A stretch of DNA of 64,000 nucleotides from Bacteroidia bacterium (GCA_030431525.1 JAUIJC010000022.1:14637-78636), one strand, 5' to 3'; positions 33,665 through 43,082 are shown, counted from the first letter of the stretch. Translations and numbers: made by a program. Notes: a model not told the origin generated them from the sequence alone.

Positions 33665-33854
33665 GTAGAGACAGGGCATTGCCCTGTCTTCATAGTATCA
33701 GGCACGAACCCCAATGCTTTCAACTTAAGGAATTCTGTTTGCTTTCGAGTAGGGAGTAATGGATTTCAGATACCATCCTATTCCAAGCCTATGGTTGCAT
33801 TAGATGTCTGAAATCCAGATTGTGTTTTTAGACAGGGCAATGCCCTGTCTCTAC
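33665..33854. mobile_element. MITE-like unit bounded by two family-C palindromes in mirrored orientation (C3 and C4)
   Basis: The left end GTAGAGACAGGGCATTGCCCTGTCT and the right end AGACAGGGCAATGCCCTGTCTCTAC enclose about 140 bp that has its own inverted repeat (GGATTTCAGA / TCTGAAATCC). No ORF. Confidence 0.5.
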
Positions 33855-33864
33855 GATGATATTG

Positions 33865-33923
33865 GACCTTAGCTCCCAATTGATTTCAGACACACAGCTA
33901 AGGTCTAAATTCTAATGTCTAAC
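33865..33923. repeat. Repeat family F, copy F1
   Basis: Hairpin GACCTTAGC..GCTAAGGTC followed by TAAATTCTAATGTCTAAC. It is related to 63582..63691. Confidence 0.6.
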
Positions 33924-33930
33924 GTCCCCT

Positions 33931-34044
33931 TCAGGTCCCAAATACAAACAACAAAATAATCATCAGAATCATCGCCAAATACATAATGGCGTCCACACGG
34001 ATATACTCCTTATACTTCGAATAGAATTCTTTTAGCTTTTCCAT
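33931..34044 (-). CDS. Candidate small membrane protein (37 aa), below the ORF-track cutoff
   Basis: ATG at 34044 and TGA at 33931. Sequence MEKLKEFYSKYKEYIRVDAIMYLAMILMIILLFVFGT, with a charged head plus one hydrophobic helix. There is no independent support. Confidence 0.3.
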   Translation of the reverse strand: MEKLKEFYSKYKEYIRVDAIMYLAMILMIILLFVFGT

Positions 34045-34103
34045 TGTTTGTCAATTCCTAAGGCTCCAGAAACGGAGAATTTACAATTAAGCGGAATAAG
34101 TAA

Positions 34104-34111
34104 TATTTTTG
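34104..34111 (+). promoter_or_regulatory. Possible Bacteroidota -7 promoter box (TATTTTTG) upstream of lipA
   Basis: Fits TAnnTTTG, but the -33 region reads TTTA rather than TTTG. It would give a ~115-nt leader. Confidence 0.25.
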
Positions 34112-34235
34112 TAATGGATTGAGGTTTTAAGCACCGCTTACCTCCCTCCTCACTTCTGACCATGCAGGTATCAGATACACCATCCCGCATCAAGGGGTTC
34201 ATTGTACTTGATCCTTTGTCCATAATACTGCAGCC

Positions 34236-35105
34236 ATGATCGAACTACCAGTTGTTGAAAACAAGAAGAAGAAGCCGGACTGGCTTAGGGTAAAACTCCC
34301 AATGGGAGAAAACTACCGCAAAGTTCGCAAGTTGGTGGACGAGCACAAGCTGCACACCATCTGCCAAAGCGGCAACTGCCCAAACATGGGCGAATGCTGG
34401 GGTGAAGGCACCGCCACCTTCATGATTTTGGGCAATACCTGCACACGTTCATGCTCCTTCTGCGCCGTGGCCACTGGTCGCCCAAATGAGTATGATACGG
34501 ACGAGCCTCGTCGTGTAGCTGAATCCATCCAAAAAATGGAAGTCAAGCACGCCGTAATCACTTCTGTGAACCGCGACGAGCTAAAAGACCGTGGCGCCGC
34601 CATCTGGCACGAAACGGTGAAACGCATCAAGGAGCTCAGCCCAAGCACTACCATTGAGACCCTTATCCCTGACGTAAAGGGCAATTGGGAAGCTTTGGAA
34701 GTAATGATCAGCGCAGGCCAAGAAGTGGTTTCCCACAACATGGAAACCGTAAAGCGTCTCTATCGCCCTGTACGTCCACAGGCCAAATACGAGCGTAGCT
34801 TAGAGCAAATCCTTCGCACCAAAGAATACGGCAAGCGCACAAAATCTGGCATCATGCTCGGCCTCGGTGAAACCGTCGACGAGGTACATGAGGCCATGGA
34901 CCACTTGGTAGAAAACGGTTTGGACATCCTTACATTGGGACAATACCTCCAGCCTACCAAGATGCACCACGAAGTGATTGAGTTCATTCACCCAGACCAG
35001 TTCGAAGCCTACAAGGAAGAAGGATTGAAGCGCGGTTTGAAATATGTGGAATCTGGACCATTGGTGCGTTCCTCATATCACGCCGAGCGCCATGTGAATG
35101 TCTGA
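34236..35105 (+). CDS. lipA: Lipoyl synthase
   Basis: Cysteine clusters CPNMGECW and [10 protein letters not shown] (radical SAM). Full length, 289 aa. Confidence 0.97.
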   Translation: MIELPVVENKKKKPDWLRVKLPMGENYRKVRKLVDEHKLHTICQSGNCPNMGECWGEGTATFMILGNTCTRSCSFCAVATGRPNEYDTDEPRRVAESIQKMEVKHAVITSVNRDELKDRGAAIWHETVKRIKELSPSTTIETLIPDVKGNWEALEVMISAGQEVVSHNMETVKRLYRPVRPQAKYERSLEQILRTKEYGKRTKSGIMLGLGETVDEVHEAMDHLVENGLDILTLGQYLQPTKMHHEVIEFIHPDQFEAYKEEGLKRGLKYVESGPLVRSSYHAERHVNV

Positions 35106-35127
35106 TTTTGAGTATTGAAGTGCTCAA

Positions 35128-35172
35128 GTGTTGGGGTATTGAAGTTCGCACTGAACTTCAATACCCCAACAC
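35128..35172. other. 20-bp perfect stem-loop with extended imperfect arms
   Basis: GTGTTGGGGTATTGAAGTTC-GCACT-GAACTTCAATACCCCAACAC. The outer arms TTGAAGTGCTCAA / ..TGAGCACTTCAA extend it. It lies between lipA and the methyltransferase gene, and the ORF-track TTG start at 35108 translates it. Confidence 0.8.
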
Positions 35173-35218
35173 TTCAACACCTGAGCACTTCAACACTATT
35201 AACACTTTTACCTTTTTT

Positions 35219-35854
35219 ATGAACACCCCTTCTCCTCAGGAACTTGCCAGGCAACTCCGAAAACCCGAAGGTCCTCAAGGCCATGAAGTGGCCAAGTGGA
35301 TGGAAATGGGTAACGCCTTCCTCACCGAACTTTCCTACAAACACGCCCAATTCCAACCTGATGAAAACATCTTGGAAATCGGTATTGGCAACGGGAATTT
35401 CCTTCCAAGTATCAAGGCGCAAATAGGCTCTGGCAAACTCGTCGGATTGGATTATTCAGAATTCATGGTCGAGGCCGCCAAACAAAATAACGCTGACCAT
35501 TTAAGTCAGGGATTTCAGATTGTGCATGGCGCTTTGCCCCACATGCCTCTTGAAAATAATTCCTTTGATAAAGTCATTAGCATCAACACCTTGTATTTCT
35601 GGGATGAACCAAGCACTTACCTTGAGGATATCAAGCGGGTATTAACCCCCACAGGCAAGTTGATTTTAGGCTTTCGGACCAAGGAAAGTGTTGAGGGATT
35701 ACCTTTTTCACAATACGGTTTCACCCTCTACTCCTTAGAAGAGGCAAAAGCTTTTCTCACTCAAGAAGAATTGACCATAGAGCACTGTGAATGTCAGCTG
35801 GATCCAAAAACGGAAAACAAATTGACGGCTGCTGTGATTGTGGCATCTGTTTGA
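35219..35854 (+). CDS. Class I SAM-dependent methyltransferase
   Basis: ATG at 35219. Motif I ILEIGIGNGNF, and later VISINTLYFW, typical of the Methyltransf_11/25 type. Confidence 0.8.
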   Translation: MNTPSPQELARQLRKPEGPQGHEVAKWMEMGNAFLTELSYKHAQFQPDENILEIGIGNGNFLPSIKAQIGSGKLVGLDYSEFMVEAAKQNNADHLSQGFQIVHGALPHMPLENNSFDKVISINTLYFWDEPSTYLEDIKRVLTPTGKLILGFRTKESVEGLPFSQYGFTLYSLEEAKAFLTQEELTIEHCECQLDPKTENKLTAAVIVASV

Positions 35855-35880
35855 TTTCCTTAACTCATCCGTGATTTTTT

Positions 35881-35906
35881 AAACAAAGCGATACCTTGTC
35901 TCCACC
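35881..35906. repeat. Repeat family C, degenerate copy C5
   Basis: AAACAAAGCGATACCTTGTCTCCACC aligns to the family-C right half with substitutions. Confidence 0.45.
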
Positions 35907-35920
35907 AAATACAACTAAAA

Positions 35921-36721
35921 ATGAATTGTTTTTTACGTTTCATCACCTTTTTCAGTATCACTGCTCTTTTATCCTCCTGCTTTGCCTACCATACAGGAAC
36001 CTACAGCTCTTCACCGATTGAAAATCCAAATGCTACCCTTTTAAGAACAGCAACAGGAACAGCAACAGTTACACGTGTTTTCTTCTTTGGAGGAACAAAA
36101 AGAACAGCACTTATCCTCGAAGCAAAGCAGGATCTACATGCTCACTACCCACTGAAACAGGGCCAGGTGCTTTCCAACGTTATCGTGGATATCCAGCACA
36201 CATTCTATTTTGGGGTTGTTGACAAAACCACAGTCACAGTGAGTGGAGAAATTGTTGACCTGAATCCACAACCAAATATTGGGATTGAGGAAAAGAATAA
36301 AACCAGGATCTCAGAACAGCAATACTTACCTGTTCCAGAGGAAAAACCCTCAACTAATTCTAAGTTATCTTCAGTCCTAAATTTCCATAAAGGGGAAAAT
36401 GTTCTCTTGGCGCACAACCAACAATTCCTCAAAGGACTGATTACCGACAAGGAATCTGACAATTACACTGTAAAGATGATTACGCTTGATAATAAAGTTG
36501 TCACAAAAACCGTGACCGCAGACCAGCTCTTCACCGCTGATAACACACCTGCATCTCCATTGCAAATCGGCCAAAAAATTCAATTCAAAAAAGGCAATGG
36601 AAAGCAAAAAGAAGGACGAATTGTCGGCATTGGACAAAAGGCTTACCTCGTAGAACTTAGCAATACGTCAGAAACTATCTGGGAAGTAGTTGACGCAGGA
36701 GATATCATTATTTCAAAATAA
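35921..36721 (+). CDS. Lipoprotein (hypothetical) with two C-terminal ~50-aa SH3/Tudor-like segments
   Basis: Lipobox-like ..TALLSSC. The C-terminal segments KGENVLLAH..LKGLITDKESDNYTVKM and IGQKIQFKKG..EGRIVGIGQKAYLVEL are interpreted by pattern only. Confidence 0.6.
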   Translation: MNCFLRFITFFSITALLSSCFAYHTGTYSSSPIENPNATLLRTATGTATVTRVFFFGGTKRTALILEAKQDLHAHYPLKQGQVLSNVIVDIQHTFYFGVVDKTTVTVSGEIVDLNPQPNIGIEEKNKTRISEQQYLPVPEEKPSTNSKLSSVLNFHKGENVLLAHNQQFLKGLITDKESDNYTVKMITLDNKVVTKTVTADQLFTADNTPASPLQIGQKIQFKKGNGKQKEGRIVGIGQKAYLVELSNTSETIWEVVDAGDIIISK

Positions 36722-36881
36722 ATCACTATACCCCTCCCCAACCAAACCAACAAACCCGTCGGCTTAATTTTTTCGTATCTTGCATGAGGAACACTTTTGT
36801 ATGATTGCCTGTTCTCCTTGTAAACCAATCTCTTGAGAGCACCTAAGGAATAATTTTCAAGCGATTTCGACGTCCTCCAGT

Positions 36882-39044
36882 ATGAAGCTTCGTATCTATT
36901 TTCTTTTGCTAACTGTCGGCTTTGCCAGTCTCATGTTTTCCTCATGCGGCAACAAGGCCACCAAGTATTACACAAAAGGCAAAATGAAGTTCGAGCATGA
37001 GGAATACGAGTTTGCCGCCGAAAACCTCAAGCAAGCCATTGCCTACGGCGCTCCTAAAGGGGAGGCAGCCTATATGATTGCCGAATCATACCGCCGTTCA
37101 AACCGCATGACGGAGGCTGCGGAATACTACAAAATGGCGTTGGACGAAGGTTATGAGGATGAACACGTGTACTTCTATTATGGCTATGCCCTAAAGGCAC
37201 AAGGCCACTACGTGAACGCTGCCAAGCATTTCCAGAAATACATCAAGACAGGTACCAACTTCGGTTACTTGAACAAGGCAAAAAAAGAGCTTCACAACCT
37301 GAAAGCGCTCTCGGCCATCGCCAAGAAAAAGCAGTTCTTTAAGGTGCAAAACTGTAAGGAACTGAACAGCGAAGGCATCGACTACTCCCCGATGTTCGAC
37401 CCAAAGGGGAAATACCTGTATTTCACTTCTTCTCGTGGTGAGGGCCCAATGTACCCAGGACAAGGCACTCGCTTCACTGACATTTTCCGCTATCATTTTG
37501 ATGGTGAGACCGAATTCTCTGGTTATGCCACACCTTTGAACAAGGAGGTGAATGACCAGAAAACACACGAAGCCACGCCAAGCTTCTCTCCAGATGGGCG
37601 TACCATGTACTTCTCGCGAAGCAATGACGGCAAGGCCAACAGCCTCACCCAAGAGGTTGACTTGTTCTCCACTACACGCCAAGAGGACGGCAACTGGGGC
37701 GAACCTGTACGCCTTTCCATCTCTGAGACCAATGCTTGGGACTCCAACCCTTTCGTCAGCCAAGACGGAAAAACGCTTTACTTCTCTTCTAACCGCGATG
37801 GTGGACAAGGAGGTGACGACCTTTGGAAATCCGTTTGGGACGAGGAAAATAGCGAATGGGGCGAGCCTGAAAACTTGGGTCAAGAAGTAAATACCCCAGG
37901 AAACGAGCAGTTCCCTTATCTCCGTGAGGATGGCACCCTTTTCTTTGCCTCTGATGGCCACCCAGGCTTTGGCGGCTTGGACATTTTCGAGTACCACCAG
38001 AACCATGACGGAAAGATGGAGGTGCGTAACCTTGGCCGACCAATCAACGGTAGCGCTGACGACTTTGCCCTCATCTTTCACAAGGAAAACCAAGGCTTCT
38101 TCTGCTCTAACCGCGAAGGCGGAATGGGTGATGACGACATTTACTACTTCGGCTACGAGCATGACATTGATTACAAGCTCTTCGGTCAAATCGTAGGACG
38201 CAAGCTGGATCCTGTCACCCACAAGCCTGTTGGGAAAGAAGTGATTTTGGGCAACTCTCCTGTCACCTTGATGGACTGTGATGAAAACGTACTTGCGGAG
38301 ACTGTAGCCGACTCAAACGGGCGCTTCCTTTTCCCAATAAAACCCGAAGATTGCTATTACATCAAGGGTACCCACGAAGGCTACATCACTCGAAAACAAG
38401 GTTATTCCACAGTAGGAAAGTCCATTGAACCATCTATCCTTAAGGATTTGGAAAAGGACGTAGTATTCAAGACCAAGCTTCCATTGGACAAGATTACCGA
38501 TGGTTTGGAGCTTGAATTCCCGCCAATCTACTACGACTACAACAAGTGGAACATCCGCCAAGACGCTGCGGATGTACTTGACCAAATGGTAGCTGTACTC
38601 AAGGACAACCCAAAAATCTTGGTGGAACTTGGTTCTCACACCGACCACCAGGGTACAATGAACTACAACGACCAGCTTTCGCAGAAACGTGCTGAATCTG
38701 CCGTAGCCTACATCATCAAGCAGGGAATTGACCCAAGCCGAATTACTGCCAAAGGATATGGTGAGCGCCAGCCGTTGCTACTTAAAAGAGATAAAGAAGG
38801 CTTTAAAGCAGGCACATTGTTGAATGATGTGTTTGTAGATGCCATCACTGACTCTACCCAACAACAAGCAGCCCTTCAGCTGAACCGTCGTACCACTTTC
38901 CGTATTGTTGGTACCATCGACCAAGCTGACAATGAGGATATCGATGTTGTTAAAAACGGTGAGCAGGAAGCCATTGTGGAAGAGGAAAAAATCAAGCACG
39001 AGGAAGAAATCATCGAAAAGCACCTGAACAAGGAAGAAGAGTAA
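36882..39044 (+). CDS. PorE-like multidomain protein, second copy (TPR + TolB-like beta-propeller + carboxypeptidase-regulatory-like + OmpA_C)
   Basis: Lipoprotein N-terminus (MFSSCG) and TPR helices. Propeller blades (LYFTSSRGEG, MYFSRSNDG, LYFSSNRDGGQGGDDLW, LFFASDGHPGFGGLDIF). OmpA_C motif VELGSHTDHQGTMNYNDQLSQKRA..NRRTTF. Confidence 0.85.
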   Translation: MKLRIYFLLLTVGFASLMFSSCGNKATKYYTKGKMKFEHEEYEFAAENLKQAIAYGAPKGEAAYMIAESYRRSNRMTEAAEYYKMALDEGYEDEHVYFYYGYALKAQGHYVNAAKHFQKYIKTGTNFGYLNKAKKELHNLKALSAIAKKKQFFKVQNCKELNSEGIDYSPMFDPKGKYLYFTSSRGEGPMYPGQGTRFTDIFRYHFDGETEFSGYATPLNKEVNDQKTHEATPSFSPDGRTMYFSRSNDGKANSLTQEVDLFSTTRQEDGNWGEPVRLSISETNAWDSNPFVSQDGKTLYFSSNRDGGQGGDDLWKSVWDEENSEWGEPENLGQEVNTPGNEQFPYLREDGTLFFASDGHPGFGGLDIFEYHQNHDGKMEVRNLGRPINGSADDFALIFHKENQGFFCSNREGGMGDDDIYYFGYEHDIDYKLFGQIVGRKLDPVTHKPVGKEVILGNSPVTLMDCDENVLAETVADSNGRFLFPIKPEDCYYIKGTHEGYITRKQGYSTVGKSIEPSILKDLEKDVVFKTKLPLDKITDGLELEFPPIYYDYNKWNIRQDAADVLDQMVAVLKDNPKILVELGSHTDHQGTMNYNDQLSQKRAESAVAYIIKQGIDPSRITAKGYGERQPLLLKRDKEGFKAGTLLNDVFVDAITDSTQQQAALQLNRRTTFRIVGTIDQADNEDIDVVKNGEQEAIVEEEKIKHEEEIIEKHLNKEEE

Positions 39045-39055
39045 TTTCCATTTCC

Positions 39056-39086
39056 GTAGAGACAAGGCACTGCCTTGTCTCCCTAC
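39056..39086. repeat. Repeat family C, copy C6
   Basis: GTAGAGACAAGGCACTGCCTTGTCTCCCTAC, 12 nt after the stop codon. Confidence 0.75.
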
Positions 39087-39094
39087 CATAAAAT

Positions 39095-39130
39095 AAACCC
39101 CGCTCAAGCAATTGCTTGGGCGGGGTTTTA
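39095..39130. terminator. Bidirectional rho-independent terminator
   Basis: AAACCCCGCTCAAGCA / TGCTTGGGCGGGGTTT (one mismatch) between convergent genes, with T-rich runs on both strands. Confidence 0.7.
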
Positions 39131-39191
39131 TGCTTCCTACACAACCCCAACCACCTTCTTTGTTTCTCAAGAAACGGCTAAATAGTTTCCA

Positions 39192-40325
39192 CTATGCCGC
39201 CTCCCTTCGCTCATCATCATCCAAATCCATCACTTGAGCTGGCTCCTCTAAAACCTGCTTGGTTTCATTCAGCCACGCCACAAACAATCGATACCCAACG
39301 GAAAGAATAACAGGCCCCGTAAATAAACCGACAATCCCCATAAACATCACCCCTCCCAAGGTTCCCAAGAAAATGATAAGATTTGGGGTGTCGAGATTTT
39401 TACCAATCATTATTGGCCTCAGGACATTGTCCCCCAAACTTACAATCAAACAGAAAACTACAAAGATGACAGCCACAAGTGTAGAGGCCGTGGAAAACAC
39501 ATAAATGGCTGCTGGGACCAAAACAATCAGCGTAGGCAGTTGCACAGTGGCAGTAAACAAAATGCCCAAAGCCCACAGTCCCGCATAGGGCACCCCTGCA
39601 AGCAACATCCCCAGCCCACCTAGAATCGCCTGAAGCGCAGCCACTCCTATCACCCCTTGGGCAACACCACGTACCGTTTTGATGGTCAGGGTTACGAACT
39701 TCTCCCCCAAGTGTTTATCCAAACGGTTAAAAAACTTGACCGATAATTTCCTCGAGGCATCACTTTTGGGCAACAATATTCCAGCAATCACCACCGCAAA
39801 GATGAACTGGAAAAACGCGACCATTACCGACCCCACAGAATTAAGCGCCCAGTCCTTGACTGTGAGAATTTGGGGCTCAATCTGACGAAGTAGTCCTGAT
39901 AAGTTTTCGGAGCCAAGACTCCAATAACGATACAATTTGGGACCAACAATTGGCCAGACCTTGATATTATCTGGGGGAGCAGGAATATCCAGCTGGCCCT
40001 CTGCCATCTGCATCGCCAGCGATTGAATCGAGCCTACTAAAGACTTTAAGAGAATAAAGGTTGGAACAATAAGACAGGCCAAAGTCAGGGAAGTCATGAC
40101 AATCGTTGTCAGGGTAGTTTTCCCTCCAAACACCTTGGATACCTTCTCAAATAAGGGCATCACAGAAATAGCCAGAATTACGCCCCAGAGCATTGGAGCT
40201 AAAAATGGGGAGAGGATATAAAAGCACAACAATCCCAATGACAAGACCAGCCCTACCCGAATAGTGGTTTCCAAGGTCTTGCGAACCAGCGATTGGGTAT
40301 CATTTACATCCCTTTGGGTGGCCAT
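39192..40325 (-). CDS. AI-2E family transporter (PerM/UPF0118)
   Basis: About eight hydrophobic helices, the characteristic size, and C-terminal motifs ..LGDNVLRPIMIGK.. and ..GGVMFMGIVGLFTGPVIL... Confidence 0.85.
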   Translation of the reverse strand: MATQRDVNDTQSLVRKTLETTIRVGLVLSLGLLCFYILSPFLAPMLWGVILAISVMPLFEKVSKVFGGKTTLTTIVMTSLTLACLIVPTFILLKSLVGSIQSLAMQMAEGQLDIPAPPDNIKVWPIVGPKLYRYWSLGSENLSGLLRQIEPQILTVKDWALNSVGSVMVAFFQFIFAVVIAGILLPKSDASRKLSVKFFNRLDKHLGEKFVTLTIKTVRGVAQGVIGVAALQAILGGLGMLLAGVPYAGLWALGILFTATVQLPTLIVLVPAAIYVFSTASTLVAVIFVVFCLIVSLGDNVLRPIMIGKNLDTPNLIIFLGTLGGVMFMGIVGLFTGPVILSVGYRLFVAWLNETKQVLEEPAQVMDLDDDERREAA

Positions 40326-40510
40326 GCGCTATCAAGAGTTTGTCCCTCCTGTTGTATACCTAAATCAAAGCTCAATGTTCTTCCTTTTCGATGAACGCCC
40401 CACCCTTAAGCAATTAAACAATCGTTTAAGCTCTTAAATACCTAATCAAAATAAATCGACAATTCTGACTTGTTGCTTTATTTTGAGCTGGTACTTAGAA
40501 CCTCAAACCT

Positions 40511-41041
40511 ATGTACAAACAAGCCGTTGCGTTCCTATCAAAATTTCTGAGTGCGGACAAAGTCTTCAAATATGGCTTTAACCTCTCTCCTATGTACCGT
40601 CGGTCGGTTGGGAAAGTCGCCAAGCTCTCAGAAGACTTACATCATGCCACCGTCCGCATTCCACTGAATTACAAAAACAAGAATTACATGGGAGCCATGT
40701 TTGGAGGAAGCATGTTTTCAGCCACAGACCCCATCTATATGATTCAACTGATACAAATTCTTGGAAACGACTATGTGGTATGGGACAAGGCAGCCACCAT
40801 CCGCTACAGACGACCAGCCTACGAAACGGTGATTGCCCACTTCATCTTTTCCAAGGAGGAAATTGATGACATCAAACACCAAGTAACCATTTCGGGCGAA
40901 CTGGATATCATCAAGCACCTAAACCTCACCGACCATACGGGGAAAGTTATCTTCGCTGAACTTGAGAAAACCATGTATGTAGCCTCCAAGGAGCACTACA
41001 AGAAAAAATTGGAAGAGCGCCAAGCCAGAAACAAGACTTAA
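40511..41041 (+). CDS. Hotdog-fold thioesterase-like protein (PaaI/YiiD_C/DUF4442-like)
   Basis: Pattern ..NYKNKNYMGAMFGGSMFSATDPIYM.. resembles the hotdog-fold substrate-binding helix region. This is a weak call. Confidence 0.45.
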   Translation: MYKQAVAFLSKFLSADKVFKYGFNLSPMYRRSVGKVAKLSEDLHHATVRIPLNYKNKNYMGAMFGGSMFSATDPIYMIQLIQILGNDYVVWDKAATIRYRRPAYETVIAHFIFSKEEIDDIKHQVTISGELDIIKHLNLTDHTGKVIFAELEKTMYVASKEHYKKKLEERQARNKT

Positions 41042-42120
41042 CCTTTCGTCTGATAATGGTGGACATCTCGCTGCGGGAATGGAATCTCAACGTCATTCTC
41101 GCGGAAAGCGCGGTTGACCATAAAGCGCAAATCACTTTTTATGTTTTCCACTACAAACACATCGTGCACCCAGAAATAAAGGCGAAAGTCCAGCGAAGAC
41201 TCTCCAAAATCCATAAAGCGAACAAACGGCTTTGTGTTTTTTGAAACTTGCCCATGTTCATGAGCACATTCCAACAATAGTTTTTTCACCAAGTCCGTAT
41301 CCGAAGCATAGGCCACTCCAACAGCGATATGGAAGCGCGTATTCCAATCATTATGGCTCCAGTTGATGATTCGCTCATTAACGAACTTGGAGTTGGGGAT
41401 AATCATCGTGATATCATCCCTTGTCTTGATTTTTGAAGTCCGAAGCCCAATATCAGTCACCTTGCCAACCGTGCCATCATCCAACTGGATGACATCCTTG
41501 ATTTTTAGATTGCGCTCAAAGAGCAATAGAATACCAGAAACAACATCATTAAATAGCTGCTGGAGACCAAAACCAATACCAACCAACAAAGCTGTCAAAC
41601 TGGCCAACAGGATAGAAATACTCACCCCGACAATCTGCAACACCAAGGTGATTGTGATCACCCAGAGGACATATTTGATAATTAGGTAAATGGATGCTCC
41701 TGTCCCATGATCCACTTTTTGGCGACGCTCCAAGCCTGTAATAAACTGCCTAATAATTCCCAGCCCCATGTTCAGCCCGAAAATCACCAAGGTCGAGATG
41801 GCCACGCTATAAAGGTTGATTTCCAGTCCTTTGATGGAAAACAGGTGATGCGTCAACACCTTGCCCAGCCCAAGCGTCTCGAAAATGAGTGAGCCCCCCA
41901 AAAACCACAGAATAAAGCGGAAGAAATTGCGAATGGACTTTTCTGTCTTGTCATCAAGCCGCAGCCGACTACCAATTCGGTGGATGCCCTTCCCCATCAA
42001 CTTCTGGATGACCAGCACAACACCAAAAATGATTGCTGCGACAATCAAGTTTACGAAGTGCCCTTTCACAAACGCTATTAAAAACTTAACGGCTGAGTCC
42101 AAGTATTCATTGATATCCAT
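41038..42120 (-). CDS. Mechanosensitive ion channel family protein (MscS-like)
   Basis: N-terminal TM helices followed by the MscS beta-domain ..LFERNLKIKDVIQLDDGTVGKVTDIGLRTSKIKTRDDITMIIPNSKF.NERIINWS. Its stop overlaps the convergent gene stop (TTAA). Confidence 0.9.
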   Translation of the reverse strand: MDINEYLDSAVKFLIAFVKGHFVNLIVAAIIFGVVLVIQKLMGKGIHRIGSRLRLDDKTEKSIRNFFRFILWFLGGSLIFETLGLGKVLTHHLFSIKGLEINLYSVAISTLVIFGLNMGLGIIRQFITGLERRQKVDHGTGASIYLIIKYVLWVITITLVLQIVGVSISILLASLTALLVGIGFGLQQLFNDVVSGILLLFERNLKIKDVIQLDDGTVGKVTDIGLRTSKIKTRDDITMIIPNSKFVNERIINWSHNDWNTRFHIAVGVAYASDTDLVKKLLLECAHEHGQVSKNTKPFVRFMDFGESSLDFRLYFWVHDVFVVENIKSDLRFMVNRAFRENDVEIPFPQRDVHHYQTKG

Positions 42121-42284
42121 AGGTAGGAGCTAATCCATTCAAACAATCGAACCCCGAACATAGAGGAAAGGGAGTTGGAAAACAATACGGCATGATTTCA
42201 ATAGGTGAAAAAGCGATTAGCAACAATGTAACTACTGAGCCATTTTTTACGATAAAATGAATACGCCCTACCATTCTTGCAGCC

Positions 42285-43082
42285 ATGAAAGCTTCCGTTC
42301 GTCTCATTCTGGTTTGCCTTATTTCCTGTCTGGGATGCGAACAATTCAGCTTCCACCCCTACACTGTTGACCCTGTCGATCACGACCTCACCCAAAAACA
42401 AACGCAACGCCTAAGCGCTATCAATAAATCTTTTGAAGATACCCTTACCATTGCCCTAATCACCGACAGCCAGCTTGCATTGGATGAGATGCAAAAAGCC
42501 GTTGACCATATTAACCAAGACCCAAGCATTGACCTTGTCTTTCATTGTGGTGACTTCACAGAGTATGGCACCACTCGAGAGTATGAATGGGGGGTTAACA
42601 TTATCAAACGACTCCGTAAACCCTACTTTGTGGTTTTTGGCAACCACGATGCCCTTGGCACTGGAAAACGGCTTTACAAACAGACCTTTGGACCTTTGGA
42701 TTTCACCTTCTCAGTGGCCGAACGGAAATTCATCTTCCTGAATACAAACAGTTGGGAATTTCCCGATGAGAATGTACCTGACATTGATTGGCTGGAAAGG
42801 GAGTTAGAAAATCAGGAATCCTCTAAAAAGGCGATGCTTATCTCACATGCTGGCCCTATCCACTCCGAATTTGAGCCCTCAAAAGTGGGGACTTTCCACC
42901 GTCTTCTCACCAACCCATTCGTTCAACTTTCAGCCTTTGGACATGGGCATTCATACAAATACGGTGAGCTGTATGGTAGTGGTGTGGATTACCTCCAAGT
43001 TGATGCCTTGAGTAATAATAATTATGTGAAGCTCATTCTAACAGGAGACTCAACACATATCACACAGGTTTTTTTCGATTAG
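42285..43082 (+). CDS. Metallophosphoesterase (calcineurin-like), lipoprotein
   Basis: Lipobox-like LISCLGC. Motifs ..ALITDSQ.., VFHCGDFTEYG, VVFGNHD, ..ISHAGP.., ..FGHGH... Confidence 0.85.
   Translation: MKASVRLILVCLISCLGCEQFSFHPYTVDPVDHDLTQKQTQRLSAINKSFEDTLTIALITDSQLALDEMQKAVDHINQDPSIDLVFHCGDFTEYGTTREYEWGVNIIKRLRKPYFVVFGNHDALGTGKRLYKQTFGPLDFTFSVAERKFIFLNTNSWEFPDENVPDIDWLERELENQESSKKAMLISHAGPIHSEFEPSKVGTFHRLLTNPFVQLSAFGHGHSYKYGELYGSGVDYLQVDALSNNNYVKLILTGDSTHITQVFFD

Noticed and set aside
34032-34223. 63-aa minus-strand ORF upstream of lipA
   Set aside because: It has no motif and spans the probable lipA promoter and leader. The translation is not protein-like.
37191-38222. 343-aa ORF on the minus strand inside the second PorE-like gene
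   Set aside because: It is fully antisense to a CDS with strong domain evidence. Its translation is low-complexity (V/L/R/A-rich) with no motif. This is typical shadow-ORF behaviour.
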